This document shows positions 1-10,060 of a DNA stretch of 64,000 nucleotides, in pieces. The first letter of the stretch is position 1. Every line of letters begins with the position of its first letter. The stretch is from an uncultured delta proteobacterium. Lineage in GTDB: Bacteria; Desulfobacterota; Desulfobacteria; Desulfobacterales; JAFDCJ01. The position numbers were made by a program, and so were the translations under genes. The stretch is from contig CAVYNY010000020.1 in assembly GCA_963769935.1 (NCBI GenBank), forward strand, positions 320,001 to 384,000. The letters run 5' to 3'. Below the pieces are notes generated by a model. That model worked only from the letters and a program-made list of their open reading frames with translations. It ran no database searches and had not been told where the DNA came from.

Positions 1-32
1 GCAAAAAATTTTGAATCAACAAATCTTCAACG

Positions 33-362
33 CTACTTCAGAATTATCTTAAATACCATTACGGGATCTTTCGGAGCCGCTTTATAAATTACCTCTTTGC
101 GCGGAGCCGGACGCCAATGGTTGTCGGTATAATAACGATGAACGGGGACCCTGTTGTAAGCATATCTGCTGCTGTAGTTAGGGATTGGTTTAAATGGTTT
201 GTTGTTCCAGCTGGGAGGAATCTTTTTTACTTCATAATGACCGTAAGCATTTCCCGGAGATTTATGATCCCGGTCATTCCAGTCTTGCGCAAAAGATACC
301 CCGGAACATACAAACAACAGGGCAGCTGTGACCATCACAATTTTCTTAATTCGTTTCTTCAT
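33..362 (-). CDS. Small secreted hypothetical protein
   Basis: Sec-type signal peptide (MKKRIKKIVMVTAALLFVCSGVSFA) and AAGGAG RBS upstream; low-complexity Y/H/P/R-rich body. Confidence 0.65.
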   Translation of the reverse strand: MKKRIKKIVMVTAALLFVCSGVSFAQDWNDRDHKSPGNAYGHYEVKKIPPSWNNKPFKPIPNYSSRYAYNRVPVHRYYTDNHWRPAPRKEVIYKAAPKDPVMVFKIILK

Positions 363-467
363 GGGTTTTCTCCTTTATTAGGTTGAAGTTTTAATCCAAA
401 AGACGAACCGTTTCGCAATAAAGTTTACAAAAAAATAAAGGACGGTTTTGACCGGTTCCGCAGCGAC

Positions 468-740
468 TTGCCGCTGAACAAATACTGCCGCCTGGAGTTT
501 CGTGCAGGTGCGATTATCGGACCGAATGCAATTGCGTTTCCCGGCGGCATTATTGTTAAAACGGATGAAATGGTAGAATCTGCAGCAGAGATGGAAGAGG
601 TGCTGGCTAGGCTTGCCCACGAGATCGGACATGTTGAGCATCGCCATACCATGAGGAATGTGTTGCAGAATTCTGCAATTGGCGTTGTCGTTGCAACGAT
701 CACCTCTGATGCGGCATCGCTCGGTGCTGCCGTGGCAATA
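468..740 (+). pseudogene. Internal fragment of M48-family zinc metallopeptidase
   Basis: PNAIAFPGG...LAHEIGHVEHRH (HEXXH) motifs typical of M48; lacks N- and C-terminal parts. Confidence 0.7.
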
Positions 741-763
741 ATACGTGATCCTCTGGATACTGG

Positions 764-1057
764 TTATTTTTTGCTCGGTAGGAATTCGATGGTGTACGGT
801 TCCAGGCCTTGAGGATAAGCTTGAGCCAACTTTGCCAATATGGCGGCGAGTTTGCTGAACTCGGACCCTGGTATGGTGTGAGGAATAATGATAAGCCCCT
901 TGTGGGGTTTCAGGGCTTCAAAGAATTGCACCGTTAAAGTGATAAAGTCATTCCTGTTGCGGGTCACCATCACCCGTTCTTCGGCGGCTGCAAATGAGAG
1001 TTGCTCCTCATCGGATGCTTCCAGCCTACCGGTTTCATGGGCACTGGCCGCATCCAT
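764..1057 (-). pseudogene. DUF5615-like PIN-domain protein, 5'-truncated
   Basis: DEEQLSFAAAEERVMVTRNRNDF...HKGLII pattern; N-terminal strand with the first acidic residues missing; no DUF433 partner. Confidence 0.6.
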
Positions 1058-1334
1058 TCCCTTTTATGGACAGAGCAAGTCCCATGTTGGCGTATACCAT
1101 ATCTTGGGGCGTTTAATTGTTTGACAAACAAGTAGCCGTTTGCCATACAATGGCCTCCAGAAAGCAAGTTCCTATATTTCAAGATTCAATTTTGCCCCCG
1201 CGGGGGAAGACCGGTAAACGGATCGCCAAGCAGCCTATCTATTGTGTGTGCCGCGGTCGATGGCGACAAGGGGAAAAAAATATGGATTCCAAGATAAGTC
1301 CATAAAATTGTGCCATCTGGAGGAAGGAGGATAC

Positions 1335-1967
1335 ATGTCTGAAATCCCTTTAGGTGCAGAGGTCGAGTGTCTGGACGGACATTGCGGCAAGACCATTTCG
1401 ATCATCATCAATCCTACCAATAAAAACGTCACCCACATCGTCGTGCGTGACAAGACACTTGGCGACGAGGACGAACGTTTGATTCCTATTGAACACCTCG
1501 GAGAATGCACAGAGAAGCAGGTCCGGCTGAACATTCGCAGAGACGAGATGGCCGGCATGGATCCGTTTGTCAAAACCCGCTATCGCAAGATAAAAAATAT
1601 CGACTTCATGGAAAGTTACATCGGTCATGATTTCGATCTTTACCTCTTGCCCTACGCGACCCCCATGAAAACCGACTACATCCCGGTCGATGAAAAACAG
1701 ATCCCACCGGGCGAACTGGCGGTTTACCGTGGAGCACGAGTGAAAGCCACGGATGGCATGGTCGGAATGCTGGGCGAATTCCTTGTCAATCCGTTAACCG
1801 GCCATATCTCAAGCTTGATTTTGATGGAAGGGCACCTGTGGGGGAAAAAAGAGGTGTCGATACCCGTATCGGCCATCGATCGCATCGAGGAGGACACCGT
1901 TTACCTCAAGCTCGACAAAAAAGCCGTTGAATCATTGCCTTCGGAGCCGGTGCGGCGGCACTGGTAA
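1335..1967 (+). CDS. PRC-barrel domain protein (two PRC barrels)
   Basis: GGAGG RBS before ATG 1335; repeated GAxVxxxDGxxG...vtHiVv...rliPi motifs. Confidence 0.8.
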   Translation: MSEIPLGAEVECLDGHCGKTISIIINPTNKNVTHIVVRDKTLGDEDERLIPIEHLGECTEKQVRLNIRRDEMAGMDPFVKTRYRKIKNIDFMESYIGHDFDLYLLPYATPMKTDYIPVDEKQIPPGELAVYRGARVKATDGMVGMLGEFLVNPLTGHISSLILMEGHLWGKKEVSIPVSAIDRIEEDTVYLKLDKKAVESLPSEPVRRHW

Positions 1968-1978
1968 TTTAAGCCCGA
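1405..1978 (+). repeat. 574-bp direct repeat, copy 1 (copy 2 at 7568-8141)
   Basis: Near-identical sequence at offset 6163; only three substitutions noticed by eye. Confidence 0.95.
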
Positions 1979-2242
1979 GCCGTCAGCGGAGCGTTGTCTT
2001 GGCAAGATCAATTATTTGCTTTCTGGCTGTCGATCAATTGATGCTCAGCAATACTTTCGTTGTCGGCCGGCTGAATTTGACACCGTCTGCCGTCAGCAAG
2101 CTTGTAAGTCGCGGGCGTCTGGAAGCGGAAACCAGAAAAATCGCTGATGATGATTTACCCAACGTTAAATAGTTATCGGCCGAACCAGAAGTTTAGGGCG
2201 TGACAGGGAATATCTGGAAACTTTTCACCAACGTTATCCCCC
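1979..2242 (+). mobile_element. 3' fragment and right end of an HUH/Y1 (RAYT-like) transposase element
   Basis: Encodes SRQRSVVLARSIICFLAVDQL...LNLTPSAVSKLVSRG (C-terminal HTH-like tail); homologous to 5140-5345; ends TTTTCACCAACGTTATCCCC. Confidence 0.7.
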
Positions 2243-2518
2243 AGGGAACAAAATCCGTGACCTTCTATACGGACTGTTTGAACGCCATTATTTTCAAATG
2301 CGAGCTTAAAGAGTTCCTGAAAGGCTCACGTTCGGAACATCTCCGTCATTCCGCGCAATTATCACTGCAAAAAGCTGATTATTTCCGCGCAAAAAGGGCT
2401 GCAGGCGGCTCGCCAAGTTGCTCTGTCTCAAATAACAGCGGACCAACGACGCCTGCGACAGATCGTATTGAATTTTTAAGGAATTAGAAAGGACCTGACA
2501 TTTTAATTGGGGGCGATT

Positions 2519-3085
2519 TTAGAAAACTAGATGTTCTTCTATGAGTAGCTGTTCAGCGGCGTAATGGGCTACAGCCTGGGCTAGCCAGTTCGGCTGATGA
2601 GCGTCCGAACTGATGACAAACTTGAATCGATTTGTGAATGGACCATAGTACTGCTTCCAGTCAGTACGCCAGATGTATCGGTTATTGATCTCAATCAAGC
2701 ATTCAGAGGGCACCTGGTTTAGGTCGGTGTGAAAAACGTTGGGATGCGCGATAATGACTGGCTTGCCGGTTGTGAGCAATTTTTCCAGAGAACGATAGTT
2801 GACATTCTGATCCCGACAGTGAAAAATGTAATAATCGACATCATAACTTACTGCTTCATCGACCCAAGGATGTCCGTCCACTTCGACGCCAACTTTCAAT
2901 CCGAATTGGCGAATTTCTTTTTCGTAAGCTTCAAAATTTCCGTTCACTAGGCATTCCAAATGGTCGCTGATGCCAACGATGATAGCATGCTTGACAGCAG
3001 CGACGAGGGCAACGGTCTGCTCGGGCACCACTGAGTTGTCGCTTGTCGAGTACGTGGTATGAATATGCAAGTCTTGTTGCAGCAT
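2519..3085 (-). CDS. PHP-domain protein
   Basis: DLHIHTTYS, ISDH, GVE, AHP and SSDAH metal-binding motifs. Confidence 0.85.
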   Translation of the reverse strand: MLQQDLHIHTTYSTSDNSVVPEQTVALVAAVKHAIIVGISDHLECLVNGNFEAYEKEIRQFGLKVGVEVDGHPWVDEAVSYDVDYYIFHCRDQNVNYRSLEKLLTTGKPVIIAHPNVFHTDLNQVPSECLIEINNRYIWRTDWKQYYGPFTNRFKFVISSDAHQPNWLAQAVAHYAAEQLLIEEHLVF

Positions 3086-3199
3086 CTTTATTCACGACCG
3101 AAAGCAGAGATAACCGCTGAGTGCTTATTGTATGAATCTCCACGCTGCATCAACATGGCCTCGGCAATGTAAAACTTTGCATAGTCGGCACGCGAGGCC

Positions 3200-3353
3200 G
3201 CAAAATCGTAATAGCCATGTCCGATCCCTCAACAGCATCTTTCCGGGCCTGTGAGCCATATAAAACAATTAAATCCGCATCATTGCCTAAAGTCTCAGCA
3301 AGCCGGCCTCGATATTCTCTAACTATTAGATTTAAGCGTTCCTGAGAAATCAC
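3200..3353 (-). pseudogene. Minimal nucleotidyltransferase (MNT) N-terminal fragment
   Basis: IVLYGSQARKDAVEGSD motif, then similarity is lost. Confidence 0.65.
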
Positions 3354-3554
3354 TTAGCCCATCCGTATGCGGCAAATCCAATGATAGTCGCCCCGTACAG
3401 TCGAAATCTCTAACTTTCTTAGCTTAAATGAGATTGAACAAATGGTCAATAGGAGATGCGTTTAAGCGCGGCTCTAAAACATCCTATGGATCAATGTAAT
3501 GTTGCGATGTTTTTAAAAATAGTTAAAGATTTCACCTGACATAGATAATAAATA

Positions 3555-3582
3555 GACGCTCCATCAAAGGTAATGGAGCGTC
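3555..3582. terminator. Hairpin, probable terminator of the decayed DUF932-like gene
   Basis: GACGCTCCAT-N8-ATGGAGCGTC perfect 10-bp stem. Confidence 0.55.
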
Positions 3583-3589
3583 AATACAT

Positions 3590-3730
3590 TTATACACTAT
3601 CCCCAGCACCTCACCACCAACCTTCTGCAACCTTTAACTGTGCTCCGCCGGCAATCCATCCATCGCAGCCGCCCGGGTATATGTATTAACCACATGAAAC
3701 ATCGTATCTCCGACTGCTTGCGGCCATGCC
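3590..3730 (-). pseudogene. C-terminal fragment of a DUF932-like gene (paralogue of 4502-4985)
   Basis: Translates to AWPQAVGDTMFHVVNTYTRAAAMDGLPAEHS*RLQKVGGEVLG, aligning with AWPQEAGYNMFAVVNTYTRAAQFKELSVENSYQLQRVGGNILG. Confidence 0.75.
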
Positions 3731-3808
3731 CCTTTTTAACCATCTCAATTTTTGACCTTTTTTGAGTTCAATCTCTTCCGCATCAAAATTTACACATAAA
3801 CAGGTGTT

Positions 3809-4156
3809 TCATTTGTCATAATGTTGTTCTCCTTTAAGTTTGCTTTTTATATATTCAGTATCGCGCCTCTCCTGCAGGGTTGCCCCATATCCACGGTCAA
3901 ATGACGAGCCCTCCAATTCTTTGCACCACACAATTTTAACATCCACTAACTGAGTTCCTTCATTAGACTGTTTTTCAATCAAAATGGAAATATTATCGCC
4001 TTGTTGTAAGTCCACATTGGATTCGAAATACAATCCCCGCTTACTGTAGTTGCAGACCTCTCCTCTGAAAAATAAATCGTCAGCATCAGTGTTGTGCAGG
4101 GCAGCCTTATTGCACTTGAACCGCCCATTCTTCCTGCGTTCGACAATTTTACCCAT
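3809..4156 (-). CDS. PilZ-domain protein
   Basis: ERRKNGR (RxxxR) and NYSKRGL (D/NxSxxG) motifs, ..VKIVW. Confidence 0.8.
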   Translation of the reverse strand: MGKIVERRKNGRFKCNKAALHNTDADDLFFRGEVCNYSKRGLYFESNVDLQQGDNISILIEKQSNEGTQLVDVKIVWCKELEGSSFDRGYGATLQERRDTEYIKSKLKGEQHYDK

Positions 4157-4501
4157 GGCCCCATCCTCTCCCCTTAGCCCTACTGATAGAGTCTTTTCTC
4201 ATTATATCGTGGCAGAACCGTTCAAATTGGTATAGTCGTTAAGATTTTCTAAACAATACACAATTGCATCAGCCGCCATGATGCACTTCCTTCATGCTGG
4301 CTAACTTGGTTAATCGATATTATTAATTGGTTATTATCAATAAATATATAGAAATCATACAAATAGAACGAGATTTTTATTAAAATTAACCAACAAGAAA
4401 TTGATACCGGTGCTATTAATCAGTACTGCTGATAAATACTTTATAAAAATAGAGGAAAAAAATTGCCTCTCAACCTTGCTGATGAGACAATTTTTTTAAT
4501 A

Positions 4502-4985
4502 TCATTGAAGCATACCCAAAATGTTCCCTCCAACTCGCTGCAGCTGATAAGAATTCTCAACAGACAACTCTTTAAACTGAGCCGCCCTCGTATAAGTATT
4601 GACTACAGCAAACATATTATAACCTGCCTCTTGCGGCCAGGCCCATTCCACGGCATCCTTTATACCCGGCGTCATTTTATCGCCATTGACCTGAAATGTT
4701 TGTTTGCCGCCAGGAATTGATAACAACATAAACTCGCCGTCCAGATGGCATTGAACCTGAGTGCCGGGACCATAACCCATATCATCCAATCGGGTCATCA
4801 CCTCGAAATTGTCCACGGGTTTGTAACGGGGTGTAAATATTGCCCGCACCTCCGGACCATCAAACCGGAAAAACAGTTGCTCATTTTTTTCGTGCTCAAT
4901 CCAGTGATTCATCTGAAGCGCCTGCAGATCGGCTGGGCATTTCGACAGATAATTGAAGGGAATCCCCAGTCTCCAGGCAATTGAT
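4502..4985 (-). pseudogene. DUF932-like protein, 5'-truncated and internally deleted
   Basis: RLGIPFNYLSKCP...VRAIFTPRYKPVDN region jumps at MTPGI directly to a C-terminal segment; 5' end abuts the transposase left end; family name from recall. Confidence 0.55.
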
Positions 4986-5002
4986 CTATGTAAAGAGAGG
5001 AT

Positions 5003-5345
5003 GGGGACGTGGGTGCAAGGGTGACATATATGATTATTTATGTAAGGTAAGCTTATGCCACGAAAAGCACGCATAGATGCGCTGGGAGCGCTTCATCACA
5101 TCGTCATTCGCGGTATCGAAAGGAAACCGATATTCAAAGATTCAATTGATGCTCAGCAATACTTTCGTTGCCGGCCGACTGAATTTGATACCGTCTGCCG
5201 TCCGCAAGCTTGTAAGCCGTGGGCGTCTGGAAGCGGAAACCAGTAAAATCGCTGATAATGATCTACCCAACGTGAAATAGTCAACTTCCGAACGAGAAGC
5301 TTGGGCCGTGACTGGGAATATCTGGAAACTTTTCACCAACGTTCC
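5003..5345 (+). mobile_element. Internally deleted HUH/Y1 (IS200-like/RAYT-like) transposase element
   Basis: Left end GGGGACGTGGGTG; MPRKARIDALGALHHIVIRGIERKPIFKD N-terminus joined to the C-terminal tail; right end TTTCACCAACGTTCC is an imperfect inverted repeat of the left end. Confidence 0.75.
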
Positions 5346-5401
5346 AATTGTCCCGGGGTGGTATCGGACCTGTTTCGCCAACCGGGGTCTTATAGAGGAC
5401 G

Positions 5402-6169
5402 TCAGGACCTGTTCAGCACCTGGATAATATACTGATACATATCCCCGGCCTGCTGATCGGAAAGCACGTGGCTCGGATAAGCAGGCATGGGAGCTCTGGG
5501 ATTTCTTATCCAGGCCAGGAAAGTTTTGAAATCCTCTGTTTTAGACGAGTGCTTCACCGGAAGCTCCGGCTTGATCACATTGCCGCCATTGGCGTGGCAC
5601 CCGCCGCAGTTGGCAGTGTAAAGCTCCCGACCCGGCTGGTAATCCTTGAGCTGACCGTTTTCTACGCCGGCCGGTGCGGCCTTTTCCCCGTAAACCAGTT
5701 CTCCGCCAAAAAATCCCAGACCAGCCACCGTCAACAGGCAGAGTGCATATACGGCGATCATACCATTTGATTCAGACCCCCGACGGAGACCGATAAAGAC
5801 TCCAACCGCCAGTAAAATCACCAGCACCGCCGCCAGCATGAATTTCATTTTGAATGGAAATAGCAATGCCCCGGCGTAAAAGTGCCGCCAGTCCATAAAA
5901 CCTGAAATGACTGTGGGTAGAATCCATATCATGGCAATAATCATGCAATACCAACCCGCTCGGCTCAGCATGGTTTGATGGCGCACTTTCCCCCATACGG
6001 CCAGAATGAAGGCGCCAAAAATCAAGCCTACAGGGAAATGGACCTGGGTGGGATGAAACGGATGACGGTAACCCAACTGGTTTATCAGTGTGTAGAAGAA
6101 AGAAATGCTTGAGTCGATCATTTCATGAAACTCCGTGACAGTTTCTGGATATGCAAGTGCAGTTGCCAA
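5402..6169 (-). CDS. DUF2231-like membrane protein fused to a C-terminal monoheme cytochrome c
   Basis: HPTQVHFPVGL motif and four TM helices; CGGCH heme motif and MPAY axial Met; start uncertain. Confidence 0.75.
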   Translation of the reverse strand: MATALAYPETVTEFHEMIDSSISFFYTLINQLGYRHPFHPTQVHFPVGLIFGAFILAVWGKVRHQTMLSRAGWYCMIIAMIWILPTVISGFMDWRHFYAGALLFPFKMKFMLAAVLVILLAVGVFIGLRRGSESNGMIAVYALCLLTVAGLGFFGGELVYGEKAAPAGVENGQLKDYQPGRELYTANCGGCHANGGNVIKPELPVKHSSKTEDFKTFLAWIRNPRAPMPAYPSHVLSDQQAGDMYQYIIQVLNRS

Positions 6170-6294
6170 CTGTCCAACCCCGTCTTTCGGAGAAGCTGGT
6201 TTTTACAGGACGACCGCAATTCTCCGGAACGGATGTCATGCCGATGGGATCTGCCGAGCGATTTGAGGTCGGCAGGTCCCACCAGGCTATCCTG

Positions 6295-6927
6295 TTAATT
6301 AACCGCCTGGTATAAGGCTGCCGGGGTGCCGCAAACCGGACAGGCTGCAAATGAGGGTTTGCCTTCCACCGTAAAGCCGCAGGTCGGGCACACATAAAAA
6401 TTCGTTTTCGGTACTTTCCAATTGGCAAGATCGGCCAGAGCCGTTTGATAGAGCTTGGCATGTTCGGCCTCCGCCGCTTTGGCATAAGTAAAGGTCCGGA
6501 CCGCATCCGCATTATTTTCTTTTTCCGCCTGGGTGATAAACTCCGGGTACATGGTGGATCGTTCGTAGGATTCGCCTTTTACCGCATCTTCCAAATTTTC
6601 CTTTGTGGATTTGACGGCAGGCAGCTTTATATCCGCTTTGGGGGTTCCGCCCATGCTTTCAATCACCCGGGCATGGTTTGTGAGGTGGATTTTTTCGGCG
6701 CTGGCCGCAGCACGAAACAGGCTGGCCACTTTACCATAGCCTTCTGTATCGGCCTTTTCGGCATATGCCAGGTATTTGGCGTGAGCATTGCTCTCACCGT
6801 TGTAAGCGGCCATGAGATTGTCAAGGGTTTTGTTTTGGGCTGCACCGGACGGCGCTGCAATTATCATGGCCAGACTGAACATCACCAAAAAAATTAGAGC
6901 GAAACGTATAAGCCGGATGTTTTTCAT
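6295..6927 (-). CDS. rbr: Rubrerythrin-family protein with N-terminal signal peptide
   Basis: GES..KY, AEKIH, GESYE..MYP, AEAEH diiron motifs; C-terminal CPTCG...CPVCG rubredoxin site; hydrophobic leader; GGAGG RBS. Confidence 0.85.
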   Translation of the reverse strand: MKNIRLIRFALIFLVMFSLAMIIAAPSGAAQNKTLDNLMAAYNGESNAHAKYLAYAEKADTEGYGKVASLFRAAASAEKIHLTNHARVIESMGGTPKADIKLPAVKSTKENLEDAVKGESYERSTMYPEFITQAEKENNADAVRTFTYAKAAEAEHAKLYQTALADLANWKVPKTNFYVCPTCGFTVEGKPSFAACPVCGTPAALYQAVN

Positions 6928-7441
6928 TTTGTACCTCCTTTAATCGAATGAAAGTGAACTCTTTTCTCCCTGGTGATCGGTAAAACCTTTCCGGGTCCCC
7001 CTACCGGAAGTAATGGCTTAACATCGGAGTCATTATAGTAAAAAATCTCCTGACAAACCGTTTGCAAACCCGCGCCCCCAATGCCTGGGGTGCCGATATC
7101 CGGCAACCTGGTCGAAAGTCTCCGATCAGGGGTGTGAACCCCTTGTGGTGCTGGAGCGTCTTTGAGGTGCGTTGCAATGACAAATAGTGGAGCTTAATTT
7201 ATCCGTCGAGAGGAAGGTGTCCTAATTTTAAATGGGTTATGCTTGGGTGTCAATATCAATTTCAATATCTAAGGGCAATGTTCATGGTGCTCCTTGCGAG
7301 TACAAGGGATGTCGGTAATTCGCACAGGGGTCCGGCCGTTGAGCCATCTCAGGATTTTTTTTGCAAGTTCGGCCGAGGAGGTGCCGGCGGCATTGAATGT
7401 CAGATATCCGGCGATCTCGAGCCTTGCAGCCGTGCGTGAAT

Positions 7442-7494
7442 GGGGACGTGGGTGAAAGATTGTCATATACGATTCTTTTTGTAAGGTAAGCTTA
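7442..7494 (+). mobile_element. Solo left end of the RAYT-like element
   Basis: GGGGACGTGGGTGAAAG...GTAAGGTAAGCTTA matches 5003-5055 and breaks at the transposase start codon. Confidence 0.75.
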
Positions 7495-7567
7495 ATTCAC
7501 TTATCGCTTTATTTGTTTCTTTTCTGCTTATAGAAATGTCTGCTGATTCATATATTAAAATTTTATC

Positions 7568-8141
7568 TCATCAATCCTACCAATAAAAACGTCACCCACA
7601 TCGTCGTGCGTGACAAGACACTTGGCGACGAGGACGAACGTTTGATTCCTATTGAACACCTCGGAGAATGCACAGAGAAGCAGGTCCGGCTGAACATTCG
7701 CAGAGACGAGATGGCCGGCATGGATCCGTTTGTCAAAACCCGCTATCGCAAGATAAAAAATATCGACTTCATGGAAAGTTACATCGGTCATGATTTCGAT
7801 CTTTACCTCTTGCCCTACGCGACCCCCATGAAAACCGACTACATCCCGGTCGATGAAAAACAGATCCCACCGGGCGAACTGGCGGTTTACCGTGGAGCAC
7901 GAGTGAAAGCCACGGATGGCATGGTCGGAATGCTGGGCGAGTTCCTTGTCAATCCGTTAACCGGCCATATCTCAAGCTTGATTTTGATGGAAGGGCACCT
8001 GTGGGGGAAAAAAGAGGTGTCGATACCCGTATCGGCCATCGATCGCATCGAGGAGGACACCGTTTACCTCAAGCTCGACAAAAAAACCGTTGAATCATTG
8101 CCTTCGGAGCCGGTTCGGCGGCACTGGTAATTTAAGCCCGA
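7568..8141 (+). pseudogene. 5'-truncated duplicate of the PRC-barrel gene (direct repeat copy 2)
   Basis: Matches 1405-1978; lacks RBS and the first ~24 codons. Confidence 0.9.
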
Positions 8142-8212
8142 AAATGTCATGCGTCGAGGATAAGCAGTCTCAACACCAATAGACCGAATCATTTCGAAAG
8201 GAGGTAAAAACC

Positions 8213-8611
8213 ATGGCTGTTTCTTCTGAAATTCGTGACGGGATTGCTGCTGCAAATGCAAATTTTATGGATACGTTCAACCGGGGCGACGGGGCCGGAA
8301 TGGGGGCGCTTTACACAGAAAACGGGCAACTGCTTCCGCCAAACAGCGATTTTGTGTCCGGTCAGGCTGCTATCTCTGCCTTCTGGCAAGGCGCTATGGA
8401 TATGGGGATTAAAACTGCCAAGCTTGAAACCGTCGAGCTCGATGGAGAAAGAGATGCTGCCTTTGAGGTCGGAAAGTATACCCTGGGTGGCGAAGGAGGC
8501 TCGGAGATAGACTCTGGAAAATTCATAGTTGTTTGGAAAAAACAAGGCGGGAAATGGAAACTTCATCGTGATATTTGGAACAGCGGTAAACCGGCCGCCG
8601 CGTCGCCGTAA
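8213..8611 (+). CDS. SnoaL-like/DUF4440 (NTF2-like, YybH-type) protein
   Basis: FNRGD..GALYTE..LLPP...DSGKFIVVWKKQGGKWKLHRDIWN; GGAGG RBS. Confidence 0.85.
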   Translation: MAVSSEIRDGIAAANANFMDTFNRGDGAGMGALYTENGQLLPPNSDFVSGQAAISAFWQGAMDMGIKTAKLETVELDGERDAAFEVGKYTLGGEGGSEIDSGKFIVVWKKQGGKWKLHRDIWNSGKPAAASP

Positions 8612-8713
8612 TATTTTAGTCAAACGGCATAACAGATCCCACATGCGTTAATCCCGATGAGGTAAAGACGACCTTATGAAAATTGCATCAGGTAATTATG
8701 AAAGGAGGTTCTG

Positions 8714-9016
8714 ATGGCAACAATAATCGCTCAGAGCAGGTGGCCCACCGCAAGCTCGGAAAAACTTGCTAAGATGTGGTTGGAAATGGGTGATGTTCCG
8801 GATACGCAGAAATTGATTTGGGCTGGTACCTTGGATGATATTAAGGTCGGTGTTCAGGGTTTAGTAATTTGGCAGTGCGATGATTCCAAGATTGCTGATA
8901 CACTGTCTTGGATTAGAAAAGATTTAGTGGGATATAACGCTGTTCCAGGTTTTAGTTGCTCAGTAAATGTATGGACGGAACCGGAAGAGGCGTTAAAAGT
9001 GTTAGGAATAGTTTAG
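8714..9016 (+). CDS. Hypothetical protein
   Basis: 100-aa ORF with AAGGAGG RBS; globular composition. Confidence 0.65.
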   Translation: MATIIAQSRWPTASSEKLAKMWLEMGDVPDTQKLIWAGTLDDIKVGVQGLVIWQCDDSKIADTLSWIRKDLVGYNAVPGFSCSVNVWTEPEEALKVLGIV

Positions 9017-10060
9017 TACAGGTCGAATTCTTTACCTCATCAGGGATTATAGGATTGGCAAAAATCGTGAAGTTTGTAAAATGATGTATGCAGTTCTCTA
9101 CACCACACATCGGGAATAAATCGAATCACCGCACTAAACGCGTTGATAACCTCTTTGGAGTGAGTTCTGTCGGAATGGATATTAGATTAGAGAACAGCAA
9201 AATTTCACCTTCTAAAGTCGGCCTCAGTTGTTATGACAATCTCGGTTGTTCAATACCTTTGATCCGAGAGGACTTATCGTAAACTCTCCTTAATCCTATG
9301 ATACCAATTTAAGATCAACTTTTTATGCAGTGTCCAGTGATATCTATTTCGGGAAATTCTCTTTTTTTTATATCGCTGGCCGTATCCACAATGTTTTTGA
9401 AAAATATTTCGATTTCGCATCTAAAAATGGAAAATTGTGTTCTGTAAGAAGCGCGAATATACGCTTAAAACTTCAACCACTATGCCTCTGATTCTCGTTA
9501 TTGCACACCATCGCTGTCATTTAATGATTCAGGCACCAAGGGAGGTGGGGGTGCCCCGGGATGAAAACTCGCTCGCTGAGATTGGGATCAATCTTTTCTT
9601 GACTTGAACCCCGGTTTTAATGGTATCTGTAAATTTGACAGAGTTGGGGTTACATTTACGTATCTGTATTTTATTGATTTTCCATATAGTCTCAATTAAA
9701 CACAACCCTCTAATATTATACGATAACTACAGGATCTGATTTGTAATCACAAATATCTGAGCAAATCTGCCGACCACAACATCCAGGGGCGCAGCAGCGG
9801 ATTAGCATTCGGTCCAAATACTGGCTATGCTAATCGCCCACCCCCACCCCTATTTTGCGTTTGTCTAATTTTTCTAAACTCTGAAACCCTTACTTGTATC
9901 TGAATAACATTGGGATTATCTTGCTTCATCCGTAAATATTTTCTTGATAATCATCAGACGATGTCTGACAAGGATTGGTTCACGAATTCAGCAGCGACGC
10001 GACCAGCAACGTGACATTATGCAAATCGCAACGTCAAAAATAACTGAAAGGAAAACAATC

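Noticed and set aside
9020..9940. Long AT-rich stretch with short ORFs
   Set aside because: Probably decayed foreign DNA, but I could not assign any family or structure
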